A stretch of DNA of 61,901 bases, the filler included, from Chiloscyllium plagiosum (taxonomy: Eukaryota): assembly GCF_004010195.1 (NCBI RefSeq). It is 3 parts of one record of this genome, joined end to end, with 100 filler letters (N's around TTAATTAATTAA, not from the genome) between each part and the next. Parts side by side here need not be neighbours in the genome. Positions count along the whole stretch, not along the records: positions 1 to 27,174 come from NC_057713.1; positions 27,275 to 49,477 come from NC_057713.1; 1 more part is not named here. One strand, given 5' to 3'. Below, piece after piece: positions 25,831 to 39,800 of this stretch; positions within the stretch are counted from its first letter, which is position 1; the number at the start of each line of letters is the position of its first letter. Both the position numbers and the translations under genes were made by a program. The notes below the pieces were generated by a model. The model searched no databases. It was not told where the DNA came from and worked only from the letters and a program-made list of their open reading frames with translations.

Positions 25831-26480
25831 AGATTTGTACAGGAGTTCAATCAGATTTCTTCATTGATTTTGTGCAAACAGGTTTACACACACTGATGTA
25901 TGATCTATCCCTGGAATAAAGCTTATTAAAGAATATATTTTATCTGAAATAATGTTACCACATTTATTGCTATCATGAATATGATTTCTGGTTGAAAAGT
26001 GAAATGCTAAAAACATGAAACTACAATTTTCTTTTAAAGTCTTAAACTACCACTTGAAATGATCAACTCTAGTTTTGCATTGTCACAGTTCACGAATACT
26101 AACAATGAACACAGGTGTTTGGTTTGACTGGTCTCATGTTTCAGTAAATTTATAGATTTGAGGAGCAGAATCCTAATTTGTCAGAGATATTACCACAATA
26201 ATTGAAAAATAATATTTGATCTTTATACAATAGCTATCACTTGATTTTAAAAGCTGTATTTTTTCCAATACAACGTGCTGTTTTATTGAATGACACTATT
26301 GCAGTTTCATTTGAAAAGATCAGTGAATTTGTTTAAGTGAGTGACCTCTTACTTTTAAGCAGTAACCACAAGTTCTTGATCCTCCCATCCTCTCCAGATT
26401 CAACAAGTTAGTTAAAATGACTTGCTTGTAGACAATAGTTCATTAGAAACAAGAGCTAACATGTTTGCATTAGCTCTTCA

Positions 26481-26579
<99 letters not shown>

Positions 26580-26844
26580 CTAATCACCACCAGCACAAGT
26601 GTTATACAATGGAACAAATGTTATTACCAAATTGAAGATCTGAACTGACAATCACTGAACAAATAATACTCTTCATAAATCCCAGAAGTAAAAAGCAAAA
26701 CTTATAACAGTGCTAATCTGAAACAAATGACAGAAAGAGTGACAATAGAAGGGTTCTACCAATATCATTGGTATTGAATCTTCTGTCTTTCCTTAAAGGA
26801 CCAAGTGCTTATTTTTAATTTCTACATATATATAAAAAACCAAC

Positions 26845-26916
26845 CTTATTATCCAGAGACCGTGCTTGAGCTTCAAAGTTTACCACCCGGCTATCTTTCA
26901 CTTCTTCTGCAAAAAT
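26845..26916 (-). CDS. CPNE3: Copine coding exon 4: IFAEEVKDSRVVNFEAQARSLDNK
   Basis: 72 nt, cctaag|...AAG|gttggt. C2A-C2B junction. Confidence 0.93.
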
Positions 26917-26979
26917 CTTAGGTATGAAAATAAAGAACAGAATGCAAACCAATTAACAACAAAATGATCAGATAGAAGC

Positions 26980-28765
26980 GATGAGGAATTTGCAACAGCA
27001 ACAGTATGTGATGGATGGCAGTTACAGGAAGGGGGGAAAGTCTCAGATACAGTCACATAGATGGGTTAACTCCAGGAAGGGTGAGAGAGGTAGGCAGCTA
27101 GTGCAGGAGTCTTTTGTGGATATACCCATTTCAAACAGGTTGTTTTGGAAAATGTAGGGGGTGATGGATTCTCANNNNNNNNNNNNNNNNNNNNNNNNNN
27201 NNNNNNNNNNNNNNNNNNTTAATTAATTAANNNNNNNNNNNNNNNNNNNNNNNNNNNNNNNNNNNNNNNNNNNNTGGGCCTCTTGCTGAGATATTTGTAT
27301 CATCGATAGTCACAGGTGAGGTGACGGAAGACTGGAGGTTGACAAACGTGGTGCCATCGTTTAAGAAGGGCGGTAAAGACAAGCGAGGGAACCATAGACC
27401 GGTGAGCCTGACCTCAGTGGTGGCCAAGTTGTTGGAGGGAGTCCTGAGGGACTGGATGTACATGTATTTGGAAAGGCAAGGACTGATTCAGGATAGTCAA
27501 CATGGCTTTGTGCGTGGGAAATCATGTCTCACAAACTTGATTGAGTTTTTTGAAGTAGTAACAAAGAAGACTGGTGAGGACAGAGCAGTAGATGTGATCT
27601 ATATGGACTTCAGTAAGGCGTCCGACAAGGCTCCCCATGGGAGACTGATTAGCACGGTTAGATCTCATGGAATACAGGGAGAACTAGCCATTTGGATACT
27701 GAACTGCCTCAAAGGTAGAAGACAGAGGGTGGTGGTGGAGGGTTGTTTTTCAGATTAGAGGCCTGTGATCACTGGAGTGCCACAAGGATCGGTGCTGGGC
27801 CCTCTACTTTTTGTCATTTACATAAATGATTTGGATGCAAGCATAAGAGGTACAGTTAGTAAGTTTGCAGATGACACCAAAATTGGAGGTGTAGTGGACA
27901 GCGAAGAGGGTTACCTCGGATTACAACAGGATCTGGACCAGATAGGGCCAATGGGCTGAGAAGTGGCAGATGGAGCTTAATTCAGATAAATGCGAGGTGC
28001 TGCATTTTGGGAAAGCAAATCTAAGCAGGACTAGGTAATGTCCTAGGGAGTGTTGCTGAACAAAGAGACCTTGGAGTGCAGGTTCATAGCTCCTTGAAAG
28101 TGGAGTCACAGGTAGATAGGATAGTGAAGGTGGTGTTTAGTATGCTTTCCTTTATTGGTCAGAGTATCGAGTACAGGAGTTGGGAGGTCATGTTGCGGCT
28201 GTACAGGACATTGGTTAGGCCACTGTTGGAATATTGTATGCAATTCTGGTCTCCTTCCTATTGGAAAGATGTTGTGAAACTTGAAAGAGTTCAGAAAAGA
28301 TTTACAAGGATGTTACCAGGGTTGGAGGATCTGAACTACAGGGAGAGGCTGAATAGGCTGGGGCTGCTTTCTCTAGAGCATCGGAGGCTGAGGGGTGACC
28401 TTATAGAGGTTACAAAATTATGAGGGGCATGGATAGGATAAATAGACAAAGTCTTTTCCCTGGGGTCAGGGAGTCCAGAACTAGAGTGCATAGGTTTAGG
28501 ATGAGAGGGGAAAGATATAAAAGAGACCTAAAGGGCAACTTATTCACGCAGAGGGTGGTATGTGTATGGAATGAGCTGCCAGAGGATGTGGTGGGGGCTG
28601 GTACAATTGCAGCATTTAAGAGGCATTTGGATGGGTATATGAATAGGAAGGGTTTAGAGGGATATGGGCTGGAAGGTGGGACTAGATTGGATTGGGATAT
28701 CTGGTCGGCATGGACGAGTTGGACCGAAGGGTCTGTTTCCATGCTGTACATCTCTATGACTCTAA
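26980..28765 (+). mobile_element. Relatively young CR1 LINE spanning an assembly gap; RT pseudogene
   Basis: W..ANV.P.FKKG-like motif, [44 protein letters not shown], complete 3' tail. Several stops and frameshifts. Confidence 0.95.
27175..27274. other. Assembly gap: N44-TTAATTAATTAA-N44
   Basis: Exactly 100 nt; the spacer puts stops in all six frames. Identical layout at 49478-49577. Confidence 0.97.
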
Positions 28766-31474
28766 CTTATGCCACAAATATCTGAACCAGAAGCCTTGCT
28801 CCAAAAATCAGGAAAAGTTCAGGATCAACCATTCCTATAGGTGTAGGGAGCACAGGGCAAATGCTCGGACCCACAGTGATGAGGTCAAAAATCGCTTTGG
28901 TGTTGAGCACTGGATAATGTTGCAATGGTACAATGGAACAGCAGGACAGTCTGCTCATGAAGAATGGAAAAGCTGGTAAGAAATGAGCTACTGTAAGCAT
29001 GGAATGGCTTCCATAAAGTGGATTTGAGAGACTGATTGAGAATAGAGCATGTGGGCCTAAGAACTTTAAAGAACAGAAGTTTGTGCTGTCTGTGCCTGGG
29101 ATGTACAGGGATAGTAGTGGCCATAAAGAGGGTCCTTTAATGTGCAGAAGGGAGGTGCATTGCTGCTGCTTTCAGATACACATTCACTTAAATACTCAAT
29201 TAGTTAAAAAAAATCTGGAATGGCTGATACTTTCCCTTTTAGAGACTGTGTGGGAAACAGTGTGTTAGGTGTCAACTAACTCTCTGCACCCAGATGGTGA
29301 AAGCTCACTGTATCATATGTTAATCAACTCAACAGCTGGCAGGTGAGTTTTGCAAGCATTTTGGACTATCACAGGCCGTGATCGCAGCATCCACCAGTAG
29401 GTGGCAGCTTCCAGCTGAAGATAGTTGGTCAAGGTCTAATCTTCAGGAAATCAGACAGTGGGAGAAGATAGGTCATTTTTCTTCATTACTAAAAACTATT
29501 TCCCCACCCCCTCATCTGTGCTCCCAATTGTCCCCAGATTGGAACAAATGGAGTTACCCCGTCTCCAGCCGAAACTCAGCAGGCAATCAGGAAGTGACAA
29601 GTTGAGCAGCTAGTTAACCACCTTGAAGGGCCTTGGTTGTTGGCAAGCTGAGAAAGGTCCCAGTGGATCATCTTGCCCAACTCTTAGTTGGTGAGGTGGC
29701 AAAAAGGGGGCTAGAATCATTCCGGGCCAACTCGCTTAATGATCTTCTCTTTTGTCATATCGCTTACCACCTTCCAGGAGGAAAAAAACCTGTGGCCATA
29801 GACTCAGTGGTGAAACTACAATCATTTCATTGTTAAACCCATTTGGTTAAATAATGTCTTTTTAGGGAAGGAGATATGCCATACATTGCAGTCAGGCCTA
29901 CTTGTGACTCAAGCTCCACAGCAGTGTTGGGGTGGTTGTGGTGCCCAGTCTGTGGACTCATGGCAGTAGGGGGTTGGCTGCAGCAGTGTCAGTATCCAGA
30001 GCGGTGACTCCTGGCTAGAGTGGATTTGAAGCCTGGACTCTTGGCAGTGTCAATGCTCACAGCTGGGCCTCCTGGATTTGGTAGGCCCGGAGCCTGGACT
30101 CTTGGTGTTGGCTGCAGTGATGGCAGAGAGTGGACTCCTGGCTCTGGTAGACTTGGAGCAGTGACTCCCCTGGAGTGGGACTCCTGGTTGCATTCAGTCC
30201 AGAACGGGGACGCTTGCCAGTGTTGGTGCAATAGCGGCATGCAGAGCCACTGTCTCCTTGGGCATCAGCATTGCTGTTGCTGTACTGGAGTGGAGAATCC
30301 TTGACGTTTACCTTGCAGAGACTTTCCTGAAGCCCTGAAGCCATATTTGGGACTCTGGCCAATGAAGGTGAACTCTACCGAAGTACTTTCTTTTTATTCT
30401 TTTTGTAACTCAAAATGGCACCAGATTGTGGCAACAAAACACTTTTCACTGTGTCTCCCTAGTTTAATGGGACAATAAAATCATTCATTCCTTTAATTGC
30501 CCTCTGAAATGGCCTAGTAAGCTAATCAATTCAAGGTTTATCAACAAACATCTGACATCTGTAAGACAACCTGTTTTGCTGTGATCTAATATAGGAGAGG
30601 ATACACTTCTGGACAGAAGTGCACAAATATTTCCTGTCCCCTATTTTGGGCATTAAGTGCTCCTAAAACTGCCTGACTATTTCTAAGCCACATTGAGCTT
30701 TTCCAATTCTTCATTTTGCAGCTCTTTTCCTTGTTATTCAGATACACATCACACTATTTAAGATAAGCCTCAGAAAAGGATTCCAACTAATAAAAGAAAC
30801 CAAGTTGTGCTTATGAGTTATACAAAAATATATTTAACCAATTATTCAACTATCCTAGATGACAAGCTATTCACCAATCTTTAGTTTCAAAAGCAACTAA
30901 GGTTTGTATTCTTGTAGAGTGCAATGTTCTGAACACCACTTCCACAAACACAAGATGACAGGACTGGCTGATGTGGCAGTAACAAAAAAGCACTTCCTTA
31001 CCAGTGGCCCCACCTCCTTCCCTAACTATCAACTCAAACTTACAAGAATGTGCAAAGCCCTAATGTCTTGTTTAATTTAGCTGAGCTTCAAAACTGCGTA
31101 GCAACTATTCAATTATTAACAGCATTTGAACATTACAAGGACTGCATATATCAGGCTTCTGTCAGGAGCAGGCAAGTTAAGAATTCAACCCCACACAAAA
31201 TAAGCCCCTAATCTGGGACAACAGTAACACTTCCAGCAATGTCAGCTGGGCAGGCTAAAGCCTAAACTCAGGCATGTGTGCAAGGTGTCAGACAGCTGCA
31301 GCACAAGACACGAATGTTTAGTAGAGAAGAATTAAAAAAACACTGAAGACAGTTTGTATGATTCACTTATTACTTTTCCTAAAGTTGTTGGCATAATGCT
31401 AAAACTACATTCTAGCTGCATTTGCCGATTGTACACCAAACAACCAAATAAGAAAAGAACATTGATCTCTGTAC

Positions 31475-31549
31475 CGTGATAGTTCCTTTTCCTGCTGGTC
31501 TTCTATTTCGCAGCATGAGGGGTCTGGTCAGTTTTTTGCTGGAAACAAT
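31475..31549 (-). CDS. CPNE3: Copine coding exon 3: [25 protein letters not shown]
   Basis: 75 nt, ttttacag|...ACG|gtacag. Matches the CPNE3-type [11 protein letters not shown] motif. Confidence 0.95.
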
Positions 31550-31764
31550 CTGTAAAAATAACTTCATTATAGTGCGCAGTTTCCAACAAAAACAACTACC
31601 AGAGGCATAAATCAGTGTACAGAAATGCTAATGTTTTCTCACACTTAAATCTAAACATACCTTGAATTATACAACGACACAGTCTAAACAGTAGAATACT
31701 ACCTCAACTCTGATTCATGTGTTGCATTGTTGAGATCAAGACAAAACATACAAAAATAAATAAG

Positions 31765-32098
31765 ATAAAATAGATTAGATTACTTTTACTTACTTACAGT
31801 GTGGAAACAGGCCCTTCGGCCCAACAAGTCCACACCGACCCGCCGAAGCGTAACCCAACTAGACCCATTCCCCTACATTTACCCCTTCACCTAACACTAC
31901 GGGCAATTTAGCCTGGCCAATTCACCTGACCTGCACATCTTTGGACTGTGGGAGGAAACCGGAGCACCCGGAGGAAACCCACGCAGACACGGGGAGAATG
32001 TGCAAACTCCACACAGACAGTCACCTGAGGCAGGAATTGAACCAGGGTCTCTGGCGCTGTGAGGCAGCAGTGCTAACCACTGTGCCACCGTGCCGCCC
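31765..32098 (-). mobile_element. Full-length HE1-type V-SINE
   Basis: Minus strand gggcggcacggtggcacagtggttagc (A box), ggttcaattcc (B box), V-core, CR1-like tail gggccgaagggcctgtttccacactgta, (agta/atcta)n. Confidence 0.93.
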
Positions 32099-33957
32099 AA
32101 ACAAACAAGAAAAATAAACAAACAAGAAAAAAACATAATTGGCTAGGTAATGAAATTGTGCATTTTGACTCCGAAATCCATTGTAAAAGTAGAAAATCAT
32201 ACTAGGAATTTACGACCTCTGAGCTGTCTTTTGATAGCAGACTGCTACTGCTCAATGCATTGTTCACCAGAACTTTCATCATAAAATTTAGTGAAAGAAC
32301 AGAACATAACTTTCTTATTAATATTAAATATCTTACATCTGCATGCACTAAGCCTATTTTGCCATTACATATTTCTTTGTCCTTACATATAATGAAAGAT
32401 GCCTCTATAGATTTCTTATGCTGTACTTTGGTTATTACTTAGCTGGAAGTACTGATGTATCACAATGAACAGGAAGCGATAGTTCCAGTGTAACATGTAT
32501 AAATAGGCAATTTCCATTATAAATATAGATGTAGGAATTTGTAAGGGAAATATTTAAAGCTCAAATTTTAAAATTTTAGCTGAAGCACACTAAACATTTT
32601 GAACTGATTGTTCCCACACTTGATCACTACTTCATTTGAAGACGACACTTGGGTTTCACTCCACTGGGTAATGCGTAAGAAGATTGCTTTGCCAAAACGT
32701 TTTGACAGCTAGAAGACTGACATTGCAATATGCACTGTACAAAATAATTGCATGCCAGTACCTGAAACTGTAAAGGCCAGATTTTGAGATAATAGTGAAA
32801 CAGCCAGCTTTCAGCATCACCACTCAAAAATTACAGTAATTTCATAAGACTGCACACAAGCAGAATAAACTGGAATTTCATAAGTTCCTGTCAGTTATTT
32901 TATGTATTTCCAAAGGATGCGCTGTTTAGGTACCCTCTTACATTAGAAAGAGAGCTTTGAAAAGGTTGTGCCATGTTTGATCAGATGTAACTGGGTTTTT
33001 AACGGCATACTAATATCATACCTCCTGCCAAATACCCTTGCTAGCCTGAAATATTTTGCTTAAAATTTGTACAATGCCAAAATTCTTACCTTAAGAAAAT
33101 AATATTTGCACAATTCTTAATCATTTTTAAATAATATTTTAGCTTTTGCAGTTTATCTCCCTATTTTAAATATTAAATCAAAAGTGAAGACATTCAGTGT
33201 GTATTTAACTTCCTAGTTTCTAAGAACTCTTCACTATAATTGATTGCTTATCCTGCTTGCTGACAATAGTGCTACTATACAACTATAAACCCTCTCAATC
33301 GGACATCAGGTTGAAATTGCTATTGGCAAAGGGAAGTTCTGCATCACACTGATCACAGATCATTGTGGAGCAGCTTCCTTGGAGAATGCTTACTACTGAT
33401 CTCAAACAAAAGAAGAATGAAGCAAGTTTTCCCTATTCATCCCCTCAAACCGTGTCTGAATGTTAAAAGCCTCCACTGAATATTCTCTCAAAATTTAGGC
33501 CAGAATGGTTTTTTTTAATTTAAAAGAGTTGTTCAACTATTGGGGGAGGCCATAGTGTAGTGGTAATATAACATGCCAAGCTAATGTTCTGGGACATAGG
33601 TTCAAATCCCACCATTACATATGGTGAAATTTGAACATAGGATCATGAAATAAAAAGCCAGCCTAACATAGCCATTGCCAATTGTAAAGACCCATCTAGT
33701 TCATTAATGTGCTATTCTTATGTGGCCTGGCTTACATTTAAATCCAGACTTTCAGCAATTTGCCTGATATTTTAACTGCATCCAGGCAATTAAAAATAGA
33801 CTATAAATGCTGGCTTAGCCAGTATTGCCCATATCCAATAAGCAAATAAAAACAATGCTGAATGTAACAGAAATAACCTAAGGTGTTCAGTATTGTAAAA
33901 AGTCTGCAAAATATCATTCAATGGCAACTAAAAATTAAAGTTTTTATTTGTACTTAC

Positions 33958-34137
33958 CTGTCCCAGAGTACACTCAAGTTCTCCCAAAAAGTCATCATCA
34001 CTCAAATCAATGGTTCTATTGTCTATATCGTAAATTCCGAACTTCAGCTTCTGGACCTGCTCAAAGCAGTAGTCTATCAGGAACTTCTTTGCAAACTTTG
34101 GAGAAAGGCAGTTGTTAACTCTCTCTGTGCGACCGAT
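33958..34137 (-). CDS. CPNE3: Copine coding exon 2: [60 protein letters not shown]
   Basis: 180 nt, ttttctag|...CAG|gtaagt. Carries C2A Ca2+-ligand aspartates (YDID, DDDFLG). Confidence 0.97.
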
Positions 34138-34839
34138 CTAGAAAAAGTAGAATCCCCAAATTAAAACCATTGGAGTGAAATGAATCAACTACAGCTCATT
34201 GCCAATAGTACATTTCAAATCTAAACTACATTGTTAGCTTGCAACAAGGCTGAAAATACCTAGCTTTATTTACATTGCTTTGTAGACATTGTTTTAAATT
34301 TATTCAATGATTGACTTGAAGCGGAACTGTTTTTATAAAATATTGAATTAGACCACTAGAAAAAGGTAAACCACAATGACCTTACTGCAGATACAGGAGT
34401 CTAGTGGACAATTTACTCTGATCTGAAATCCAACTGAACCAAGGATGACAATGATGCTTAATGCTGAATTAGAAAAGGGCAAGAAACATTGATGAAAGCT
34501 CCTTGTAAGTCGGCAAACAATGAAGCAGTTTATGCATCAAATTTTACAGCACTATTCCTGCAGACCTTTACAATCAAAATTGATCATTATTCCATCTGGG
34601 ACAAGAGACACTGAGGAGTGTGCAAGGTGTCAATATCACTGTGAAGCGAATTATGAAAAGCATCCAGCACTCCATCATCATAGAGAGGCAGATTGGGAGA
34701 AGTCTGCAGCAAATCTGCATTACTGTGAAACAGATTGGGAGGAGTGGGTTTGTGAAAGAACAGCAGTGATGGTGAGAGATAGACTCTGGCAGCACATATC
34801 CTCTGGCAGCACATAGCCTCTTCAGCCTGCTTTTACCTA

Positions 34840-37800
34840 CTGGAGCTGAAGTGTGACATCAGAGGGAAGCAGGTAGGTATTTTTTCCATTTCTCTCTCTA
34901 TTGGCAAAGTGGTTTAAGTTAGGAGATATTATTACAGCTGAAGAGCACAGTTAAGAAATTCACTATCAAAATACTTAACATTCAAAATAATTAATTAACT
35001 AGAATAAAGATGGTTGAGCAGATAATGTATTGCAATTGTTATATGTGAGAGCTGGTTGACACCAGCAATGATCCACATCTGCAAGAAGAGTTGGTCCATT
35101 GAGGAACATCACCTCAAAGTTGATGCGCTGGAGTCCAAGCTGTGTTCCCAAGCTGGTGCACATCAGGAAGGGGAAGAGGCACCTGGATACACCCTTCCAG
35201 GAGACAGTTAAATCCCTTAGAGTAATTACATCAAATTTGGTCCATGATCGTGGCCAGAGGGTGTGATGACCATTGAGGCAGGCATTGGTATTCAAAATTT
35301 AGGAGGAGCCTCAGCCAGTGTATGAACTTCTTGCACCTGCTATGATTGAAGACACAGACTGCAGAGAGGATGAAAGAACTGACTGTAGTGCAGAGTGCCA
35401 TTCAAGTAGGGGCTGAGAAGAGAAATAGAGTAATAATAGGCATCATAGTTAGGGAACACATATGGTTCTCTGTAGCAAAAACAGGGAATCCCAAAAGCTA
35501 TGTTACCCATCCAATGCCATGGTTAAAAACACGTTTCTGGGGAAGAACTTGGAGTGGGAGGAGAACCACCCAGTTTTAATGGTCCACATATGTATAAATG
35601 ACATAGGTAGGTCTAGATAAGAGGTTCTGCTGATGGATCCTGAACAGCTCCAGGCTAAATTACAAAGTAGAACTACAAAGATAATAATCTCAAGATTACT
35701 ACCTGAATTATGTGCAAATAAATAAGATTAGAGAGCTAAATACATGGCTCAAGGACTAATGTTGAAGAGACGTGTTTTGAGCCATGGGACACTAACACCA
35801 GTATTAAAAGAAAGAGGTATTCTATTAGAATGAACTTTATTTGAACCACACTGGGATGTGGAAAGCTGTTAAAATAATTAATGGGCACTGCCGACTATGT
35901 TTAATTGAAGGTTATTTTAAAAGTCAAAAAGAAAGAAGACAGTAGTTGTGCAAGTTAGTGTAAAGGTGAACAATAATCAAAATGTGTCAGGAAGGGGTAA
36001 GAAACATAGACAGAAGAATGCAGCAGAACTTAGAGCCAGAATAAATGACTACAGTAAAATGTCTAACCGAAAGGCTCTTTATCTGAATGCACACGGTATT
36101 TGTAACAATAGAGATGAGTTGACAACACAAACAATAATAAATGAATATGATTTGATAGCTATTACAGAGATGTGGGTACAAAAAGAAAGCGGCTGGTAAC
36201 TTAATAGTAAGGGTATTTGACATTCTGGAAAAAATAAAGGACAGGAGGTGAGTAGCATTATTAATAAAGGAGATTAGCAGTGTAAGGGCGGCATGATGGC
36301 TCAGTGATTAACACTGCTGCCTCACAACACCAGGGTCCTGGGTTCAATTCCCGCCCGTCTATGTGGAGTTTGCACATTCTCCCAGTGTCTGCGTGGGTTT
36401 TGTCCGGGTACTCCGGTTTCCTCCCACAATCCAAAGATGTGCAGGTCAGGTGAATTGGCCATGGTAAATTGCCCACAGGTGTGTTAGTCAGGGGTAAATA
36501 TAGGGTAGGGGAATGGGTTTAGGTGGGTTTCTCTTCGGAGGGGTGGTGTGGACTTGTTGGGCCGAAGGGCCTGTTTCCACACTGTAGAGAATCTAATCTA
36601 ATCTAATCTAATCTAGTGCTGGGTAGCAATACAGGTGCATTCGATGGTGATGTGTCAGCAGTTTAGGTGGAAATCAAGAACAGCAAGGAAAAGACGCCCA
36701 TTATCTACAGGCCCCCAAACATTTGCATTGCTGTAGGACAAAATATAAATCAGGAAACAATAGTGGTGTTTTAAAAGGGCACTACAATTTTCATGGGTGA
36801 TTTGAATCTGCATATTGACTAGATATGGAGATAGGTTACATGGTGTCATCGAGACATATAGCATGGAAACAGACTCTTTGGTCTAACTCATCCACACCAA
36901 CCAGATATTTAATATAAATTTAGTCCCGTTTGTTAGCATTTTGCCCATACCCCTCTAAATCCTTCCTATTCAGATGCCCATCTAGCTGCCTTTTAAATGT
37001 TGTAATTGTACCAGCCTCCACCACTTCCTCTAGCAGTTCATTCCATACACACACCACCCTCTGCGTGAAAAAGTTGTCTTTTAGGTCCCATGGATGATGA
37101 ATTTGTGGGGTGGCCCAATGCTTTCTTTTGACTTGTTGGTCTCACTTGCACCTGTAAACCAATATTTTGCATCACACTTCACGCTGGAGGATATTATAAA
37201 CGTCCCAAAGGTAACAGATAAACAAGGTGTTAACAGAAGGAAAGATCTTGTAGCAGTTTCTATCATGAGAGACAAAGTATTTGACAAACTAATGGGCCTG
37301 AAGAAAGAAAAATCACCCGGACCTGATGATCCACATTTAAAGGAAATGACTTCAAAAGACAGTGGAACCAATGACCAAAGTAGTCCAGAACTCACTGGAT
37401 TCTGCAATTTGGAAAACTGTGAATGTGATGCCCCTGGCTAAGGAGGAAAAGAGGTAGAAGGCAGGAAACTATGGGCCACTTAACCTAACAATAGTAAAAT
37501 GTCAGACTCCATCACTATGGAGGAAATAGCAAGACATTTAGAAAAGTTTAACAAACTCGAACAGATTCAACATGGTTTTGTGAAAGGAAAATTATTATTG
37601 ACAAATCTGCTGGGGTTTTAGAGTCATAGAGATATAAAGCACAGAAACAGACACTTCAGTGCAACCAGTCCATGCTGCACATATCCCAAACTGAACTAGT
37701 CCCACTTGCCTGTTCCTCATCTATATCTTTCCAAACCTTTCCTATTCATGTACTTAACTAAATGTTCTTTAAACTTCGTATTTGTACCCACATCCAGCAC

Positions 37801-39310
37801 TTCCTCAGGAAATTCATTCTACTCATGATCCACCCTCTGTGTAAAGAATTTGTCCCTAATTTTAAAAATCTTTCTCCTCTCACCTTAATTCGTGCTCTCT
37901 ATCCTTGAAATTTCACATCCTAAGGAAAAAACAACTACCATTAACCCTATCTATACCCCTCATTATTTTATAAACTTTTATAAGATCACCTCTCAACGTC
38001 CTATGCTCCAGTGAAAAATGTCCCAGCCTTTCTTTATAACTCAAACCTTCTGCATCTGGCAACATCCTAGTAAATCTCTTCTGAACCTTCTCTGGCTTAA
38101 TGATATCTTCCCTATAACTAGGGGGCCAGAACTCAGAATATAACTGGAAGAGTTGATAAAGGGGAACCCATAGATATAGCACATTCAGACTTCCAGAAAG
38201 TATTCAATAAGAACATAAGAAATAGGAGCAGGCCATCTAGCCCCTCAAGCCTACTCCACCATTCAATAAGGTCATGGCTCATCCTTTCGTGGACTCAGCT
38301 CCACTTTCCCACCCTCTCACCATAACCTTTTATTCATTTACTGTTCAAAAAACTATTTGTGCCTTAAAAATAGATTCACAACCCTTTGGGAGAAGAAGTT
38401 CCTCCTCAAATCAGTCCTAAATCTGCTCCCCCTTATTTTGAGGCCATGCCCCCGGTTCTAGTTTCACCCACCAGTGGAAACAATCTCCCTGCTTCTATCT
38501 TATCTATTCACTTCATAATTTTATATGTCTCTATAAGATCTCTGTTTATTCTTCTAAATTCCAATAAATATAGTCCCAATCTACTCAATTTCTCCTCATA
38601 AGTTAACTCTCTCAACTCTGGAATCAACCTAGTGAACCTCCTCTGCATCCCCTCCAGTATAAGTACATCCTTTCTCAAGTAAGGAGACCAAAATTATACA
38701 CAATACTCCGAATGTGGTATTACCAGTACCCTATACAGCTGCAGCATAACATTCTTATTTTTAAGTGTTATCCCTCTAACAACACAGGGCAATATTCTAT
38801 TTGCCTTCTCAATTACTTGCTGCATCTGCAAACCAAGAGTTTGTGATTCGTGCACAAAGATACCCTGGTCCCTCGACACAACAGCATGCTGCAATGTTAA
38901 CCAAATGAAAATGTGGTGATATCATATGTATCACCACTTGATACATAAAAGATGATTTTCTTGAAACCAACAATATCCTGTGGGAGTTTGACAGGGTAGA
39001 TTTTGAGATGATGATTCACTATTGGAGAATCTCCCAGATGGGCATAGTTCCCTTAAGGGAAATGGAGAAATAAAGGAATTTCTTCTCCCAGAAAGTAGTG
39101 AATGCCTGGAATTCGCTACCCCAGAGAGCTGTAGAGGCTAAATGAAAGTATTTAAATGTAATGAATACATTAACGAAATAGAAGTTGAGGGCTACGAGGT
39201 GCTGGCATACAAGAGAAGTTGAGGCCTGGGGCAGATTTACTATGATTTTCTGGGGTAGGCTTGGGAGGAGGATTGAATGGCCAATTCCTGCCTCTATTTC
39301 TTATGTAATT
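34840..39310 (+). mobile_element. Old, near full-length CR1 with nested younger insertions (SINE 36286-36615 +; CR1 tails 36845-37085, 37620-38140 and 38210-38895, all -)
   Basis: ORF1 remnant, endonuclease ALYLNAHGI...YDLIAITE.W, KSPGPDD, QHGFVKGK..LTNL, and a plus-strand 3' tail near 39300. Confidence 0.8.
36286..36615 (+). mobile_element. Full-length HE1-type V-SINE
   Basis: tRNA head, V-core, CR1-type tail and (atcta)n. Confidence 0.92.
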
Positions 39311-39584
39311 TATCAAAGCAAGTAACATTCAAGGTCAATTATAAAACATTGACTACTGAAACAAAATCTAAGGATCTTGTTAGCAGTGTACATTATGTAA
39401 ACTGAATCCCCACTGAAGATTAACTGACCTGAGGAACTGTGAAATAACAAAGTTTGGGGATAAAAAAAAACTCATGCTCCACTAGGTAAAAAGGGAAGCA
39501 TATAAAAATGAAAGACAAGTTAGTAAAACATATTAGAAAATTCATTCTCAGCTGAACAGAAGGAAAAGTAAAGCATCACTATTA

Positions 39585-39800
<216 letters not shown>

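Noticed and set aside
27219..27230. Palindromic TTAATTAATTAA between N runs (also 49522-49533)
   Set aside because: Identical 44+12+44 layout in both gaps; a scaffolding spacer with six-frame stops, not biological.
32030..32098. tRNA-like sequence with A and B boxes (also 36286-36352, 33545-33615)
   Set aside because: Continuous with SINE cores and tails; these are SINE heads, not tRNA genes.
34690..34820. Short direct repeats (cagattggga; ctctggcagcacata twice), and tttagattcataaa twice at ~5102-5129
   Set aside because: Ordinary slippage duplications of two units with no higher-order array.
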